This document shows positions 12,620-26,220 of a DNA stretch of 64,000 nucleotides, piece by piece. The notes beneath the pieces were generated by a model. It was not told the origin of the DNA, did no database searches, and saw only the letters and a program-made list of their open reading frames with translations. The position numbers and the translations under genes were made by a program. Numbering within the stretch: the first letter of the stretch is position 1; the number at the start of each line of letters is the position of its first letter. The stretch lies in contig JARDVH010000059.1 of assembly GCA_030324005.1 (NCBI GenBank), forward strand, positions 68,526,273 to 68,590,272. Reading direction: 5' to 3'. The DNA is from Negaprion brevirostris. Lineage: Eukaryota.

Positions 12620-13500
12620 TACACCACCACACACCCTGCTTCTCATGGTCCTCTGTTTTACTCTCCCAGAGTCCTTGCCTCTACCACATCTATTTTGACT
12701 ATGCCAGTTTCCATTCCAGTGTTTCTGATGTCTTCTTTTTCCCTATAACTGAGGAGTCCCCACCCACTGTGGTTGACAAGGATGGCANNNNNNNNNTCAT
12801 TCCATTCCACGCACTCTGCTCTCAACTCTCTCAAACCCCCAGCAGTCACCTCAGGCTATGAAGCTTTCTTTGTCTTTGCACACCATCTCAGACTTTACAT
12901 TCAATGCAAGTCCTATCATTTCCACCATCCCCAGCACAATGGCAATACCTAGCACATCTCTCCGTCCCCACAACTTTCAAATTTTAAAAGGGATCGTTCC
13001 CTGGTCCACTCTTCAATTGCCCCCAAAACTCTCTTCACTTCCTGCAGCACTTTGGCTCTTTCCTCTCTTCCTTTTTACCACCCAAGACCCCAAACACCTT
13101 CCAGATGAAGCAATAATTTACTTAACTTCTTGTAACTTAATATTCTGTGTTCACAGTTCACAACAAGATCTCTCTACATTAGGGAGACAAGGACGTTCAC
13201 CTTATGGAACATGTTCATTCAGTCCAAACATTACTCCAAGCTTTTAGTTGGGTCATTTCAATTTTCTTCTCCATTCCCGCTCCAACTCCTCTTTTCCTCG
13301 GTTGCCTATACTGTTCCGATAAAATGCAACATCAGCTCCAGGAACAACTACAGCATTCCAGACTCAGCATCAAGTTCAACAATTTCAGATCAGAACCTCC
13401 TTGTCTCACTGCCACCCATTTTCACTTTGCATTGACATCTCTTGACATTTAATCTTTCCTACCTTCTACCCAATCACCGACCTTCCCTTTTGTTCATTCC
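12620..13500 (+). mobile_element. Penelope-like retroelement remnant (GIY-YIG endonuclease region)
   Basis: NLIFCVHSSQQDL then ctctacattagggagac (LYIRET) is a decayed NLVYCI.C..C..LYIGET GIY-YIG motif; many stops and frameshifts. Confidence 0.65.
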
Positions 13501-14319
13501 TTCCCTCCAAGCTTAACCAGACTTTTTAAGATGGCTATATTTTAAACTGACTCATTTATTTTAAAGGTAAATGGAGAAGGATGTGACCTATGGAATCTGC
13601 CCAAATCCATGTAGCCTCATTATGAAATCTGCCCAGAAACAAGCATGTGCGTCCTGGTTGTGAAACTAAAACTGTATACATTTGCAAAGCTAAGGGCAGA
13701 GTAAAGGAGTGCCATACCAGAATCAAACTTTTCATGTTTAATAAATGTTTTGTTTCTTGTTGTTAAAACTGATTAGGGGTCCTCCATGTTTTCTAAAAAT
13801 AGTAAAAAAGTTATGGCCTTTTGAGCTAGGATTTCGTACCGGAATCTTCCTATCCAGTTATAACACCAATTGAGATTGTTAAAGTCTTAAAATGCGATAT
13901 CTTGTGCAATTGCTTTGCATCAGTCACTGGGAAAATTCATATTTGTTTTTAAAAGTTGTCTACGGGGATCATACAAAAATACTAGATGCATTTCTTTTTA
14001 ATCGGCAGATCTTTAAAAAAGGTTGATACGGGGGTAGTGAGTTATGTATGCTTATATTAAGTACTTTTTGCATGGATCCTTATGATGAATGAAAATGTAA
14101 AATATACCATTACAGAATAATTATTTAATAGAATACATACCCTAACTCCAAATAATGAGGGATTTAACTTAGTTTATGAAATGTCTGCTTTTAGTATTTG
14201 TCTCTCCTTAAAAAAAACCTATTCATGTTTTGTTTCCACACACCCTTACCTATCTCACATCAAATTAATACATCAGTCCTGATGAATTCTGAATCAATAA
14301 TTTCCTCTGGAGAATCCTG

Positions 14320-15540
14320 CTCCTTTAAAGTATCAGGAGGAGGGCATTCAGCCTATCGTGCCCATGTCAGCTCTTTGAAAAAGCTGTCTAATTCTGACCC
14401 ATGTCCCACCGTTTTCCCCCTTACCCTGCAAATTAGTCAACTTCAAGTCACATGCCAAATTGTCTTTGAAACCTCCTATGGAATCTGTTTCCACCACCCT
14501 TTCAAGTCACGCACTCCAGATAATAACAATCCTCTCTGAAAACATTTCTGTTTGTTTTACGATTTATTTAAATCGTATCAGCGCTAATTACTGATCCACT
14601 TGCCAGCGGCGGCAGTTTCTCCTTCCTTGCTTTATCAAAATCTCAGAGGTCTTAACTTTTCTGCTCTAAGGAGAGCAATCCTAACATCTCCAATCTCTCC
14701 ACATAACTAAACTTTCTCATCCTTGGCATTGCCTGGTGAATCCTTTCCAAGGCCTTGACATCCTTCCTAAATTGTGGCACCCAGAAATGTACACAATACT
14801 CCAACTGAGGCCTATCCAGAATTTTTTTTTTTTAAAGACTTCCTTCTTTTTGTACTCAATGCCCCTATTTATAAAGCAAAGTATCCCTATCCTATACACT
14901 TTCTGAACAGCCTCCTCAACTTTCCCTACCACCCCCAAAGAGATTCAATCACTTTGTTCTTGCACAACCTTCAAAATGGGATTTAGATTATACCGCCTCC
15001 ATGTATTTTCTCCCAAGTGCATAACTTCATATTCATCTGCGCATTTTGCCCGACTATGTCCTCCTTATATCTACAACCAATCTCCTCACTTGTTTGTGAT
15101 GTTGCCAAGTTTTGGTCAGCTGCATGCTTCAAAAATTCCATCCCTAAACTCAAGTCCAGTCATTTTTATTTTAAAAGAAGCAATACTGATCTCTGTGGCC
15201 ACCCCCCCACCGCTGTTTCCCATCCCTCAGCCAATTACATATTCCAGGTTATATCATTCATTTAATCCAATGTCCTTTTATCTTCTGGAGTTTGCTTTGT
15301 TAGATTTTATCGATTTTTAGTGGCACATATATATATATACACAATATCTACTTTACCTTCATTTTACTCACTGTTACTTCATCAAAAACACACATCAGAT
15401 GAGTCAAATATGATTTGCACATAACAATTCCTTCAGTAGCTCTAGCCAGCTACTTTCATAAACTTTCCTTCTCTTAGGCCCTGATCAGTCCCGCCATTCC
15501 TTTAACTATCCTTTTACATTTTGTACATTTACTTTAGAAG
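14320..15540 (-). mobile_element. CR1-clade LINE remnants
   Basis: Minus-frame ILCFINRGIEYKKKEV is a typical CR1 ORF2 C-terminal motif; 3'-tail-like sequence near 14330. Confidence 0.75.
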
Positions 15541-15599
15541 GGATTTTTGGGACCCATTTTCTTTCAACCACCCTTTACTCTTATAGTCTCTGTCTTTAC

Positions 15600-15807
15600 A
15601 AAGAACAAAGAGCAACCCAGCACGGGAAACAGGCCCTTCGGCCCAACGAGCCTGCGCCGCCGCATCCTCCTACACTTACCCTGCCCTGCGTGTATGCGAG
15701 TGGAACCCCTAACTTAGCCAGATTCAGGGAAGAATAGTGTCAATTTGGTATACCAATCAGCCTAAGAGCACATCTTTGGGGTGTGGGAGGAAACCGGAGC
15801 GCCCGGA
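15600..15807 (-). mobile_element. HE1-like SINE/CR1-tail fragment running into a gap
   Basis: aacaggcccttcggccca...gcacatctttggggtgtgggaggaaaccggagcgcccgga. Confidence 0.75.
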
Positions 15808-16118
15808 NNNNNNNNNNNNNNNNNNNNNNNNNNNNNNNNNNNNNNNNNNNNNNNNNNNNNNNNNNNNNNNNNNNNNNNNNNNNNNNNNNNNNNNNNNNNN
15901 NNNNNNNCCCCCCCCACTCCAAACAAACAAAGTCAACAGTCAGGTGATTGAAGTTTTGCTGTATCATTTTCTCTGGCCTCCAGATTTACTCCTCTATAAG
16001 CTCCACAATATCTCTATGGGCTCTTATGTAAATACCATCAATCCTTTTCTATTCCTTTACTCTAACCAAATAGGTTCAATCTTTAAACCTTCCAGCATTT
16101 CATCCCTGTGTAGAGATT

Positions 16119-16250
16119 CCATGATGTGGAGATACCGGCATTGAACTGGGGTAAACACACCGGCATCTCCACATCATGGCTACCATCGACACCGCAAACT
16201 GCTGGCTCCAAGTGGAGAACATCTCCAAGAAAATCACACATATCGACCTA
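16119..16250 (+). mobile_element. Penelope-like element 5' fragment with an inverted duplication
   Basis: 20-bp inverted repeat (16119-16138 / 16160-16179, one mismatch) overlapping an ORF start at 16176, MATIDTANCWLQVENISKKITHID, recalled as a shark Penelope ORF N-terminus. Confidence 0.55.
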
Positions 16251-19200
16251 GAGCTTCCATCCCAGATATTTCAGTGTGCGAGTGTATCCCAGAAACATCT
16301 TCAGTACATGCTGTGTGGAAGGACACCCTCCTCCTTGTGAGATGGTTGCCTGAGTCCTTCGGTCAAGGGCTGCATTCTCAATGGTTGGTTGTGAAGAATG
16401 CAAAAACCTATGTGCAAGGTTCTCCATAAATGCAAGTTTTCACAACGACCAAAGTGTTTAACAACCAATGGAATATTTTTGAAGAGTGGCTATTGTTGTT
16501 TATAGGGGACAGGAGCAATTTGACACAGAACTGCAGCACTTAAACTGATGGGCCCAAACCAAGTTATATTCTACATCCTCCTTAGAAACAGTGGTCCTAA
16601 TCTACAAGCCTGACCTATTTCAATATTCCTTTATACTGCTTTCTTTTAGCCATCCAGCTAACATATTTTTAAATGTATACCTGGCCTCTGTCTAACCATT
16701 AAAACTCTTAGCACATTCCACAACCTCATAATCAATATTGTGTGTGAAACACATTCCAGTGCTCTCTGTTCTAATTTACACAGAAAAGTTGAACAAAAAA
16801 CAATATAGTTGACCAGTTACTCAGTTTTGTGGGCGCTGGCTGGCATTCTCAGCTGTTCAAAAAAAACTATTTTGGGGATCTGTTATGTCCACTTGAACCG
16901 GTGAAGGGGACCCTCAGCATCTCATGCAATGGTAACATTCAAGTAAAGCACTTAATAAAAAGTACTTCCACTCATCACCCAAGCTAAATCACCACACACA
17001 CCATCGACTGCAGTGACGGGAGAAAATTCCCATTGACGGCATCTCTGTTGGTATGCATGATACCTCTCTGGCCCTTATCTACAGAATCCTACAGTGCAGA
17101 AGGAGGCTGTTCAGCCCATCAAGCCTGCACCAACGACAATCCCACCCACGCCCTATCCCCACAACCCCATGCATTTACCCTAGCTAGTCCCCCGACACTA
17201 AGCAGCTCGCAAAACAACCTGACAGCCTTATATAAGTCAATGCCAAGCATTCATCAACCTATCACTAGACACCAACAGGCCCTTAGATAACTATCAATTC
17301 TGCAGATGCGTTGCAGCAATTCACCAAAGACCCAGAAGAACAAGGGCAGCAGATACAAGGGAACACCACCACCTGCAAGTTCCCCTCCAAGCTACTCACC
17401 ATCCTGACTTGGAAATNNNNNNNNNNNNNNNNNNNNNNNNNNNNNNNNNNNNNNNNNNNNNNNNNNNNNNNNNNNNNNNNNNNNNNNNNNNNNNNNNNNN
17501 NNNNNNNNNNNNNNNNNNNNNNNNNNNNNNNNNNNNNNNNNNNNNNNNNNNNNNNNNNNNNNNNNNNNNNNNNNNNNNNNNNNNNNNNNNNNNNNNNNNN
17601 NNNNNNNNNNNNNNNNNNNNNNNNNNNNNNNNNNNNNNNNNNNNNNNNNNNNNNNNNNNNNNNNNNNNNNNNNNNNNNNNNNNNNNNNNNNNNNNNNNNN
17701 NNNNNNNNNNNNNNNNNNNNNNNNNNNNNNNNNNNNNNNNNNNNNNNNNNNNNNNNNNNNNNNNNNNNNNNNNNNNNNNNNNNNNNNNNNNNNNNNNNNN
17801 NNNNNNNNNNNNNNNNNNNNNNNNNNNNNNNNNNNNNNGCCTCTCCTCTGAGTCCCGTCACTTAAACAACAGTAAAATTCAACCAGACATGGTACTACAT
17901 CAATCAGGATTTCTGCTCAGAGTTATTTTTAAGTGATGCTTATCCAGGTGCCAAGATGAAGATAGAGTCTGCCCAACCAAAATGAACTCCCCAGCTAACA
18001 ATCTGTCAACACACTCCAAGAAAGTGTGCACGGGCATTGAAAAGATGAAGGAACAATCTTTTCAGCCACATCTTCATTTCAACACCCAGCACATTTTTGC
18101 CAGAAAAGTCACTGACTAGTGATTGGGAGAAGGAATTCTGGCTGATTTTTTTCTCCCGTTCTCAGTACAGGAATGCCGAAGCCAACTGTAACATCAACGC
18201 CAGCTAAAATGCACCAATTCAATCGCCTTTGGAATAGATCAGTCAGTGTCAATGAGATGCTAGATATGCACTAATACAAGTACTACACCCTCCATTAATC
18301 ATATAAAATGAAAATACATGTTACAATATTCATCAGCATGAGAAAGGTTTAAAAAATTCATTAACTTCATTGGTGCCAAAACTAAGGGAAGCAATTTTAA
18401 TAAGTGAGGAAGAAAATAAGAAAAAAGCAAGCAAATTCAGCATCAAGCAGATAAACCTTGCCAAGATGTGGTGACTAAATGGTGTTCTAGATTTACTTCA
18501 CAACTCTTGATTTTTCTCAAGTACACAGAGCTGCTCTCTTAAAATCATTTTAACAAGAAAATTAGCACTGAAGAATTTTAAGTAGATTAAATTATATTAT
18601 TCAGTTTCTCTCCATCAATGAATATATTTACAGGTCTGCATTTAGGCAGAAGCTATGAATTTTTACAACACTGCATTAAGCACTGGTCAGTGTTAAAAAT
18701 TAAATACAGGGTTATGCGGTTCCTTTAAAAGTTTTTACATTAATAGTTGCATACACTTATGTCATCATTTTTTTTTATATTGGCAAGCAAAAGCACACTG
18801 ATACATAAACCAAGTGACTCATCGCCCTAAAACTATTGTGTTAATTTTTGGTGCAACGTTCGCCAAAGCATTGTTGTCCAATACACGTGGATAATTATAT
18901 GCACATGTTCTTCAATGCTTTTGTATGTTTGTTTTTTTTTAATTGTGTCATTTTAGCAGCATGCAAATGTTTTTTGGTTATGAATGATTTACCACTTTAG
19001 GTGCCATGACAAGAATTCAATGACAAAGACATTTTCCAACAGCTGCTTTCTAAACACACAGTGCATTTCTCCTACCATCATTTACACCACAATGGCTGCT
19101 GCCTTGCCTTTGGTGATAACAGAATGTCTTGTCTACATATTCAACTTTTACAATCATATAAAACCTTTATAATCTGTAGCCAGTAAAGGCAGCTTATAAC

Positions 19201-21825
19201 ACGCTCACATGCATTCAAGCATTTAGTTCTTGTCCATGGCCTTTACTTCATCAAGCAGTGAAAAGGCTCAGAAGATGGCACCACCACAAAACTACTGTAA
19301 TAAAAAGCTTCTTTTGTTCATGAAAGCACAGATGGCTAAAGACCCTAGCAACTCATTTACTCCATTAAAATTGTAACCATTTTATCCACTACATAAATTT
19401 AAAATATTGCCATTCAAGGAAGCAATTATTTAACGAAGTGGACTTGGTGCACAGGTAGGAATCACAATCAAAAATCAGACTCTCAAACTGGACTTGAGTG
19501 GTTGTCTGGATACAAAGTTTAGAACCTCCCCAACTGCTCAGACATGTCCTGTCCTGAAGTTGCAACGGCCTCAACTGCCAATTCACATCACAGATTCTGG
19601 AAAGGCACAGGAATTCCAAGGCATAAAATGCAAATGCATTTTTTCCCAACTATTTCAGAGTTTGCTTAAAATAATAAAAAAAACTAGGGGAGATCTGTGC
19701 TCAGTTAAGCAATTCCCTAAAATTTGTGAAAAATATTTGTATCCATTACTCTCCAGAGAGGGGTGGAAGGCAAACACTACATTTCCAGTGATTGTGAGAA
19801 ATATAAGCCCCCTTCTCCCTATCAAGTGTAGTTTTGCATGCAGAAGCAGCAAAAAGTCGTCTCAATTTGTGTGCAATCTTATATAATACAACAATTCTGC
19901 AGTTGTACAATTTCTTTACATGACAATTTGACATTTATTTAAACTTCCTTTTTTTTAAACAAAGAATTGCAACACTATTAGAGATGAATGCGATTCTCAA
20001 TATTCTATCTGGAAAACACATTTCAGTGCAGTTGGAAAACTTCCAATTAAGCTCAAAGTTTCCTTTTACTATCTATTGAGATTGGACCACAAGAAGTTTA
20101 CTCAAAAATAATCTTTCTGGTTCATGTGTCATCACGATAAATTACAAGCAACATTCGGGCTCCACTAGGTTAAGTTTCAGTTTATTTTGGGAAGGGAAAT
20201 GGGCCATGCTGTGAATTTTGCATTCCTACAACTCACTGGCAGTTAAGACACACCTACATCAAGAATAGAAAGTAAGAGTATAAGATAGCTCTCTGTACTC
20301 TTGCACAACAATACGCTTCACCTCCAATCTCAAAAGTGTCCCCTGTAACACAACTGCTTTCATCATCCTCAGTGGCCATCAATGAATGGTGTGCAAAAAA
20401 AAAGCTCATGTAACCAGTACAGCCAGACATAACGGATAGATACCAAGAGCAGAGGGAAAATTGTACAAGTCTGCCACGGCTCATGTGCATTTTAGCAACA
20501 CTGGCTCAGCAAGTCTGCATCAGAAGATCAGAGTTCTAAGCACCACTGTCAGAGCTTCCATAAGCAGCAGTGTCACCAGGGGCATTTTTCACTAATTTCT
20601 TAACGATATTAATCTATACACAAAATGTGCTTGTGTTTAGATTAAACACCACCTCCACCAGCCCTCAACAAGGCCTCCAAATCTGATCGACCTTATCTAT
20701 ATCACACCACTCCTCCAAAATAAGAATTTATCTCCTCTTACCTTCCCTTCCTTTCTTCCATCTCCAACACTTTATCTTCCCTCACTCAGCCTCTAACCCT
20801 CCTCCGCTTTCTTTCTTCCCATCTCTAAAACATTGGCCCCCAGCCCTCCCCCACTGGCCTTTTTAGGCTTCCACTATTCAGAGTTCTTAACTGATTCAGG
20901 TCCCATTGCACACTGCAATCTAAACACCACGTGCTCTTCATTCCCCAACAGGCCAAAAGTGATTGTCTAATAACATTAAAAAAATCTTACCTCTACTTAC
21001 CCTTCCCGATAAGTGTTTCCATTTTTAATGGCTACGTCCACATTCATAACAGAAGTTGCACCTATACTTCCTGCCATTGGTGGTATGGCACCTCACTTCT
21101 GAATCACCCAAATCATTTGCCTGTGCAGAAAAACGGCATTACTCCAACCAACTCTAATTTTCCTAAATTTCCACCTTTTGTTGTTCAAATGTAAATGATG
21201 CAAAATTAAACAATAAGGAAAGAAGCCTTTAAAATGACAAGTGACTCACATTGGACCAGGGTATGCCAATGACCCCTAACCACAAATCCCATTTTATATG
21301 AAGAATGCACGTGACCAACAAGTATTGTCCAACAAAGGTGATAAACCAAAGCTGGTTAAGTACAGACCCAATTAACCTGACAGTGGGAACAGAAACAAGC
21401 TTGATGATGAGCTACTTTGAGTTTTACAGGTGATAGAAAGTCTATAAAGGGGGCAAATAAAAATTCAGACCCTAGCATTCACTTCAATTCAGAAAAGGGC
21501 CCTTTTTTTTTATTCTGAACCCCACAAAAATCAAGGTAAATAACAACCAACAATTACCAAATTAACTCTGATGCCACTAGTTACTTGACCTCTTTACTTA
21601 AACAAAATCGAAGAAAATACATTTCTTATTGTGCCTCCAGTGACTACGGTGGTGGCATTGTGAAGGCAACTGTTATATGCTTTTGTCAAACAACGTTTTA
21701 ATGCATCACCCAAATCAACCTTCGATCAATGGCATTACCTCAGGAATTCCTGTGTAATAAATGTAGCAAGAATAAACTGATATTTGCTGCAGTGTAAAGA
21801 ATAGTTCTCAAAACAGTATCTAAAG

Positions 21826-22080
21826 AACATAGAACATAGAACACTACAGCACAAACAGGCCCTTCGGCCCACGAGTTGTACCGATCACATCAACACCTAC
21901 NNNNNNNNNNNNNNNNNNNNNNNNNNNNNNNNNNNNNNNNNNNNNNNNNNNNNNNNNNNNNNNNNNNNNNNNNNNNNNNNNNNNNNNNNNNNNNNNNNNN
22001 TCGTCTCTCCAGGGAAAAGAGTCCCAGCTCCTTCAACCTAGCCTCATAAGGCATGCCTCCCAGTCCAGGCAACATCCAGG
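21826..22080 (-). mobile_element. Young CR1 3' end spanning a gap
   Basis: gaacatagaacatagaaca tail repeats; minus-frame MLPGLGGMPYEARLKELGLFSLERR. Confidence 0.85.
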
Positions 22081-23137
22081 CAAGATCTGGTATTGAATTC
22101 CATCTTCCACTGTTAGAGATAATTAAAACCAATTTCTGCCAATTTCCACTAATTAAAATGCCAGGTCTTTTTTCTGATGATTTGTTAACTATTTAGTGAA
22201 GTTAAATCATAACTGTAGGACAAGGGAACATAGACAAACTGTCAAAAGCAAACTCCAGGCCCGAGTCAGTGGTAAAAAATATGGGGAAGAATTTTGTTTC
22301 AGTAGGTAGCACTCTCCCCTGGAAGAGACGACGCTGTGGCTTACTTCCTGCCCAGTGTCCTTCAGCGTCAGTGAAGGCGGTTTTACAGCCCACACCGTTG
22401 TCTAGCCTAAGACGGTCCATGTAGCCTTCTTACTGCTGTAACAACCCAACAACCCAACTCCCCATGACCCTTGTGAAGTTTAGGGGAGAAGGAGATCTAA
22501 GAGACTAATGGGGTATAAAAACTGTTATCTTTGGTCTTTTGGTTGGTCAAGTAAAAGGCAGTTAAAAGGGCTACAAAGAATAATTCATATCAGAAATGGT
22601 TTTCTATTTAAGGTGGTGACGGCAGAAACTGGATTAAATGGATGTTATGATGATGCAATCTAGTTTCCAGAAGGCTTCCCCTTGTGATCTGTACTTGAGC
22701 CTGCGACATTTCAACCAGAGATTATATCTTATAAAATCAATCTCACAACCAGAAATGAGGTCAGCCATAAAAATGGAGAATGATGGGAAAAGATACAAAT
22801 CAACAAAGCACTTGAAAAGTGATATAGGTTAGTATTTCAGCTGGGAATCTTCAGAACTGATGCAACTGGTATGCGGTCAAATTATTTTGGATTTATACAG
22901 TAACACTTCAGCTCATGCTTAAGCTTTCTTGGTGCTTGGGTAGTGGGGGTCAGGGTGCAGAAAGGAGAAATATTCCATTTTTTCACTGCTTATGTCTCCT
23001 TATCGTCCAGCTAATATTAATCCAGCAGTTAAATGGATTAAACAGTTTGGACCATTTACTAATTAATACCAATCAATCATTAATTAACTAGTGAGCTTCT
23101 GAATCAGCAAAGGCAGTTTTATGCCTATTTTCTTTAT

Positions 23138-23215
23138 GGTAAAAAGTCTGACAACACCAGGTTTTAGTCCAACCGATTTATTTGATAACAGACTCACAAG
23201 CTTTCGGGGTTAGTC
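23138..23215 (-). mobile_element. Penelope terminal repeat (pLTR) fragment, cut by a gap
   Basis: About 50 bp identical to the sequence starting at 24241; carries the 3' half of a hammerhead motif (CCCC GAAA GCTT GTGA on the minus strand). Confidence 0.65.
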
Positions 23216-23871
23216 NNNNNNNNNNNNNNNNNNNNNNNNNNNNNNNNNNNNNNNNNNNNNNNNNNNNNNNNNNNNNNNNNNNNNNNNNNNNNNNNNNNNN
23301 NNNNNNNNNNNNNNNATAGAACACAAACATAAGTGGGCATTTATTCACTATGAGCTCCAGCAGTAATCACGATTCAGTGTTCCAATTCCAGCCAGACCTT
23401 CGGGTCTTCCTTCCTGGGTCATGATGCAGCCCCAGAGTTAATCAGGAACTACAGTCCTGCAGTCAGGACACAGGCTTAATCTGGTCACGATTCAAACCCC
23501 TTCTGCAATAGTACCAGCATCCCTGTCTTTGAAGTTACTTGTGCGATCGTGGCTGTCCCAGCAGGACTCTTCCTGTTAAAAGCCGGTATCAGGATCTGCT
23601 ATCAGCAGCTGTCAAAAGCCGGTATCGTAAACTACCATCTGTGTAACGATGTCCAACTAACACAAATAGGTAAAATTTACAAAGTCTACAAAATAACAGC
23701 CACATTAGTCTAACTGTCTTTATAAAAATGAGAGTTAAAGCATGTAAGACATGAACAAATAACTTATATTACTGCCAGAAACAGTATAAGCTAAAGGAGA
23801 TCAGCCATGAGGAAGGGTTATGTTTGTGAGATGTTCTAGGTACAAAATCCATTAACCCTTTCCCTACTTCA

Positions 23872-24125
23872 AAGAAGTCTCACAACACCAGGTTAAAGTC
23901 CAACAGGTTTATTTAGTATCAGGAGCGACTGGAGCGCTGCTCCATCATCAGGTAGGTTCATAATCGTGGCACATGTAGGCAAAGGTACAATTGCAAGATA
24001 ATTGTTGGAATGAGTCTACTGGTACAGACAGTGCAAGTGGAGAGAGGGATAATTTCATAGTAGAGGTGTGAATTGTCTCAAGCCAGGACAGTTAGTAGGA
24101 TTTTGCAAGCCCAGGCCAAATGGTC
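23872..24125 (-). mobile_element. Penelope pLTR/3' fragment, second subfamily
   Basis: aagaagtctcacaacaccaggttaaagtccaacaggtttattt...ggagcgctgctccatcatcagg; reverse complement of the motif at 42966-43040. Confidence 0.65.
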
Positions 24126-24152
24126 AGTTACATTTTACACCATTTGGCAACA

Positions 24153-24240
24153 TTGGTGGCAGAGTGGTTAGCACTACTGCCTCTCAGTACCAGGGACCTG
24201 GGTTCGATTCCCAGCATGAGTCACTGTCTATGCTGAGTTT
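24153..24240 (+). mobile_element. HE1-like SINE head with intact Pol III A/B boxes, truncated by a Penelope repeat
   Basis: TGGCAGAGTGG (A box) ... GGTTCGATTCC (B box). Confidence 0.75.
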
Positions 24241-24420
24241 GGTAAAAAGTCTGACAACACCAGGTTTTAGTCCAACCGATTTATTTGATAATAAACCCAC
24301 AAGCTTTCGAGGGGTCACCCTCTTCGTCAGGTGAATGGAGAGTTCTGGCCTCAGACAGAGCATATAAAAGCACAGACAGTTTAGAGATTACTGATTAGAA
24401 TGCGAATCCTTACACCTAAC
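24241..24420 (-). mobile_element. Penelope pLTR fragment
   Basis: Shares its terminus with the 23138 copy and contains the hammerhead motif at 24297-24334. Confidence 0.65.
24297..24334 (-). ncRNA. Minimal type I hammerhead ribozyme motif
   Basis: Minus strand: UCAC CUGACGA A GAGGG UGAC CCCUC GAAA GCU U GUGG. Both core boxes, a perfect 5-bp stem II, a palindromic AGCU stem III and a 4-bp stem I are present. Confidence 0.65.
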
Positions 24421-25419
24421 CTGCTGTTCAAGTTAGTCCAATGCCGACATACCCACATCATATTTTCTTTATGCCCAGCCCTTGACTCTCTATTACCATT
24501 CTGTTCCACAATTAACGAATGGGGTGCAAAGTAATAAAATTGGTTTCATGTAGTCAGATGATCTGAAGGTTTGATTACATCTCAGCTGGACACACTGATA
24601 CCTTTATAACTAGTAAATCACTATAAATCCGTGATAATCCATATTGCACAATTGTGTGAGACACTTTGCCTTCAAGAGTAGCAGCAAAGGTGGTATAGAT
24701 AAGCTATGGATATACAAATTAAAAAACCTCTACAAAACTACCAATGAGAAATCTCAAGGATACATGAAAGCAACCAGTCCTGAATTAGCAGTCAGGAGGA
24801 ATGAACCAAACGCATTAAAAGGAGACTGATGATTTTTCACCATCTTTTCTCCCCTCTTATGTCCCAACACTAGCCCAGCTCAAAATAAGATTCACAATCA
24901 TATGCAAAAATCATGTTTCTGTGTAGTTAAAATGACTATGCTTCTGCAGTAGCTTCAGGAACACTAATTTGAAGGCATCAGCATCTCTTATCATGATATG
25001 GTCTTGATATATTTCCCCAAATGTTCACTGTCAGCTAAAGAGGGAGATGGTATACAGTAAGGAGCATGTGCATCATGCACAATTCACAGCATGCCTCAGC
25101 CAGATTCTCCTGAAAAATGATTGTGAGCTGCTTTCTCATTCCAAATGATCTCAAAGCATACTGAAAGAATGAAATGATGCAGTTCAGCCCCGATCACTTT
25201 TCATATTCTAGTGTATTTACTAAGTGTTTAACCAGTTATAACTATTTTGTTTGATTTCCAAAAGAGAGATATGCAAATTGGTCACTGCTACTTATAAATC
25301 TAAATAAGTGATTATTTAAACAGGTTTTCTCAGTGGAAATGACAGCAAACCCCTATTCTCTTCATTTAGCTTCCAATGCAGGTTTGTAATTTTGGGTCAA
25401 ATTTGGGTGGACAAACATA

Positions 25420-26220
25420 TAACTTCAGAGCAGGAGTGGGCCATTCAACCACTCAAGCTTGCTCCACCATTCAGTAAGATCACGGCTCTTCTGACTGTGG
25501 CTTCACTGCCACGTTCTTTCCTATTCCCTTATCAACCACAAACCTATCAGCCTTAAAATATTCAATAACCCTGTTTCCACTACTCTCTGGGAAAGAGTGT
25601 TCCACAGACTTAGGATCCTTGGAAAGTAATTCTCCTTGTCTCTCTCTGAAATGGAAGTCCACTTTATTTTTAACACTGTGCCTGCCAGTTCTAGTCTCTC
25701 CCACAAGGGGAAACATCCTCTCAGGGTCTGTCTGTCAAGCCCTCTCTGGGTCTTGCATGTAAGGTCACCTCTAATTCTTCTAAACTCACTGGATGTGGCC
25801 CAACCTGTCCGACTTTTCTTCACCTGGTTTCACCACCCCACCCCCCAAACTAATTCTAATGCAATTATGTCTTTTTTCAAGATTAAAACTGTGCACTGTA
25901 CTCTAGATGTGGTCTCACCAATACCCTAAACAACTACAGCAAAACATCCCTACTTTCATATTCCATTTTTACCTCCAGAAAACAACAATATTCCATTTGT
26001 TTTCCTCATTACTTGCTGTAACTGACTTTGTGATTCATGTACCAAAACACATAGATGGCACTGTACCTTGGTGCTCTGCAATCTCTGTTTAAATAATATG
26101 CTGTTTTTCTATTCTTCCTGCCAAAAGGGATAAATTCACATTTTTCCAAATTTTACTCTCATCTGCCAAATTTTTGCCCACTCAATTCATCTCCCTTTGC
26201 AGACTCATGTCCTCTTAGTC
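25420..26220 (-). mobile_element. CR1-clade LINE 3' portion
   Basis: Minus frames EFRRIRGDL, MFPLVGETRTGRHS and LWNTLSQRVVE; tail agagcaggagtgggccattc. Confidence 0.85.

Noticed and set aside
23577-23626. Direct repeat aaaagccggtatc x2 as a CRISPR-like array
   Set aside because: Only two units in eukaryotic, probably LTR-like sequence; no array and no cas genes.
24153-24215. tRNA-like sequence with A/B boxes (also near 4520, 11160, 51645, 54140)
   Set aside because: Continues into SINE body sequence with no convincing cloverleaf; these are SINE heads.
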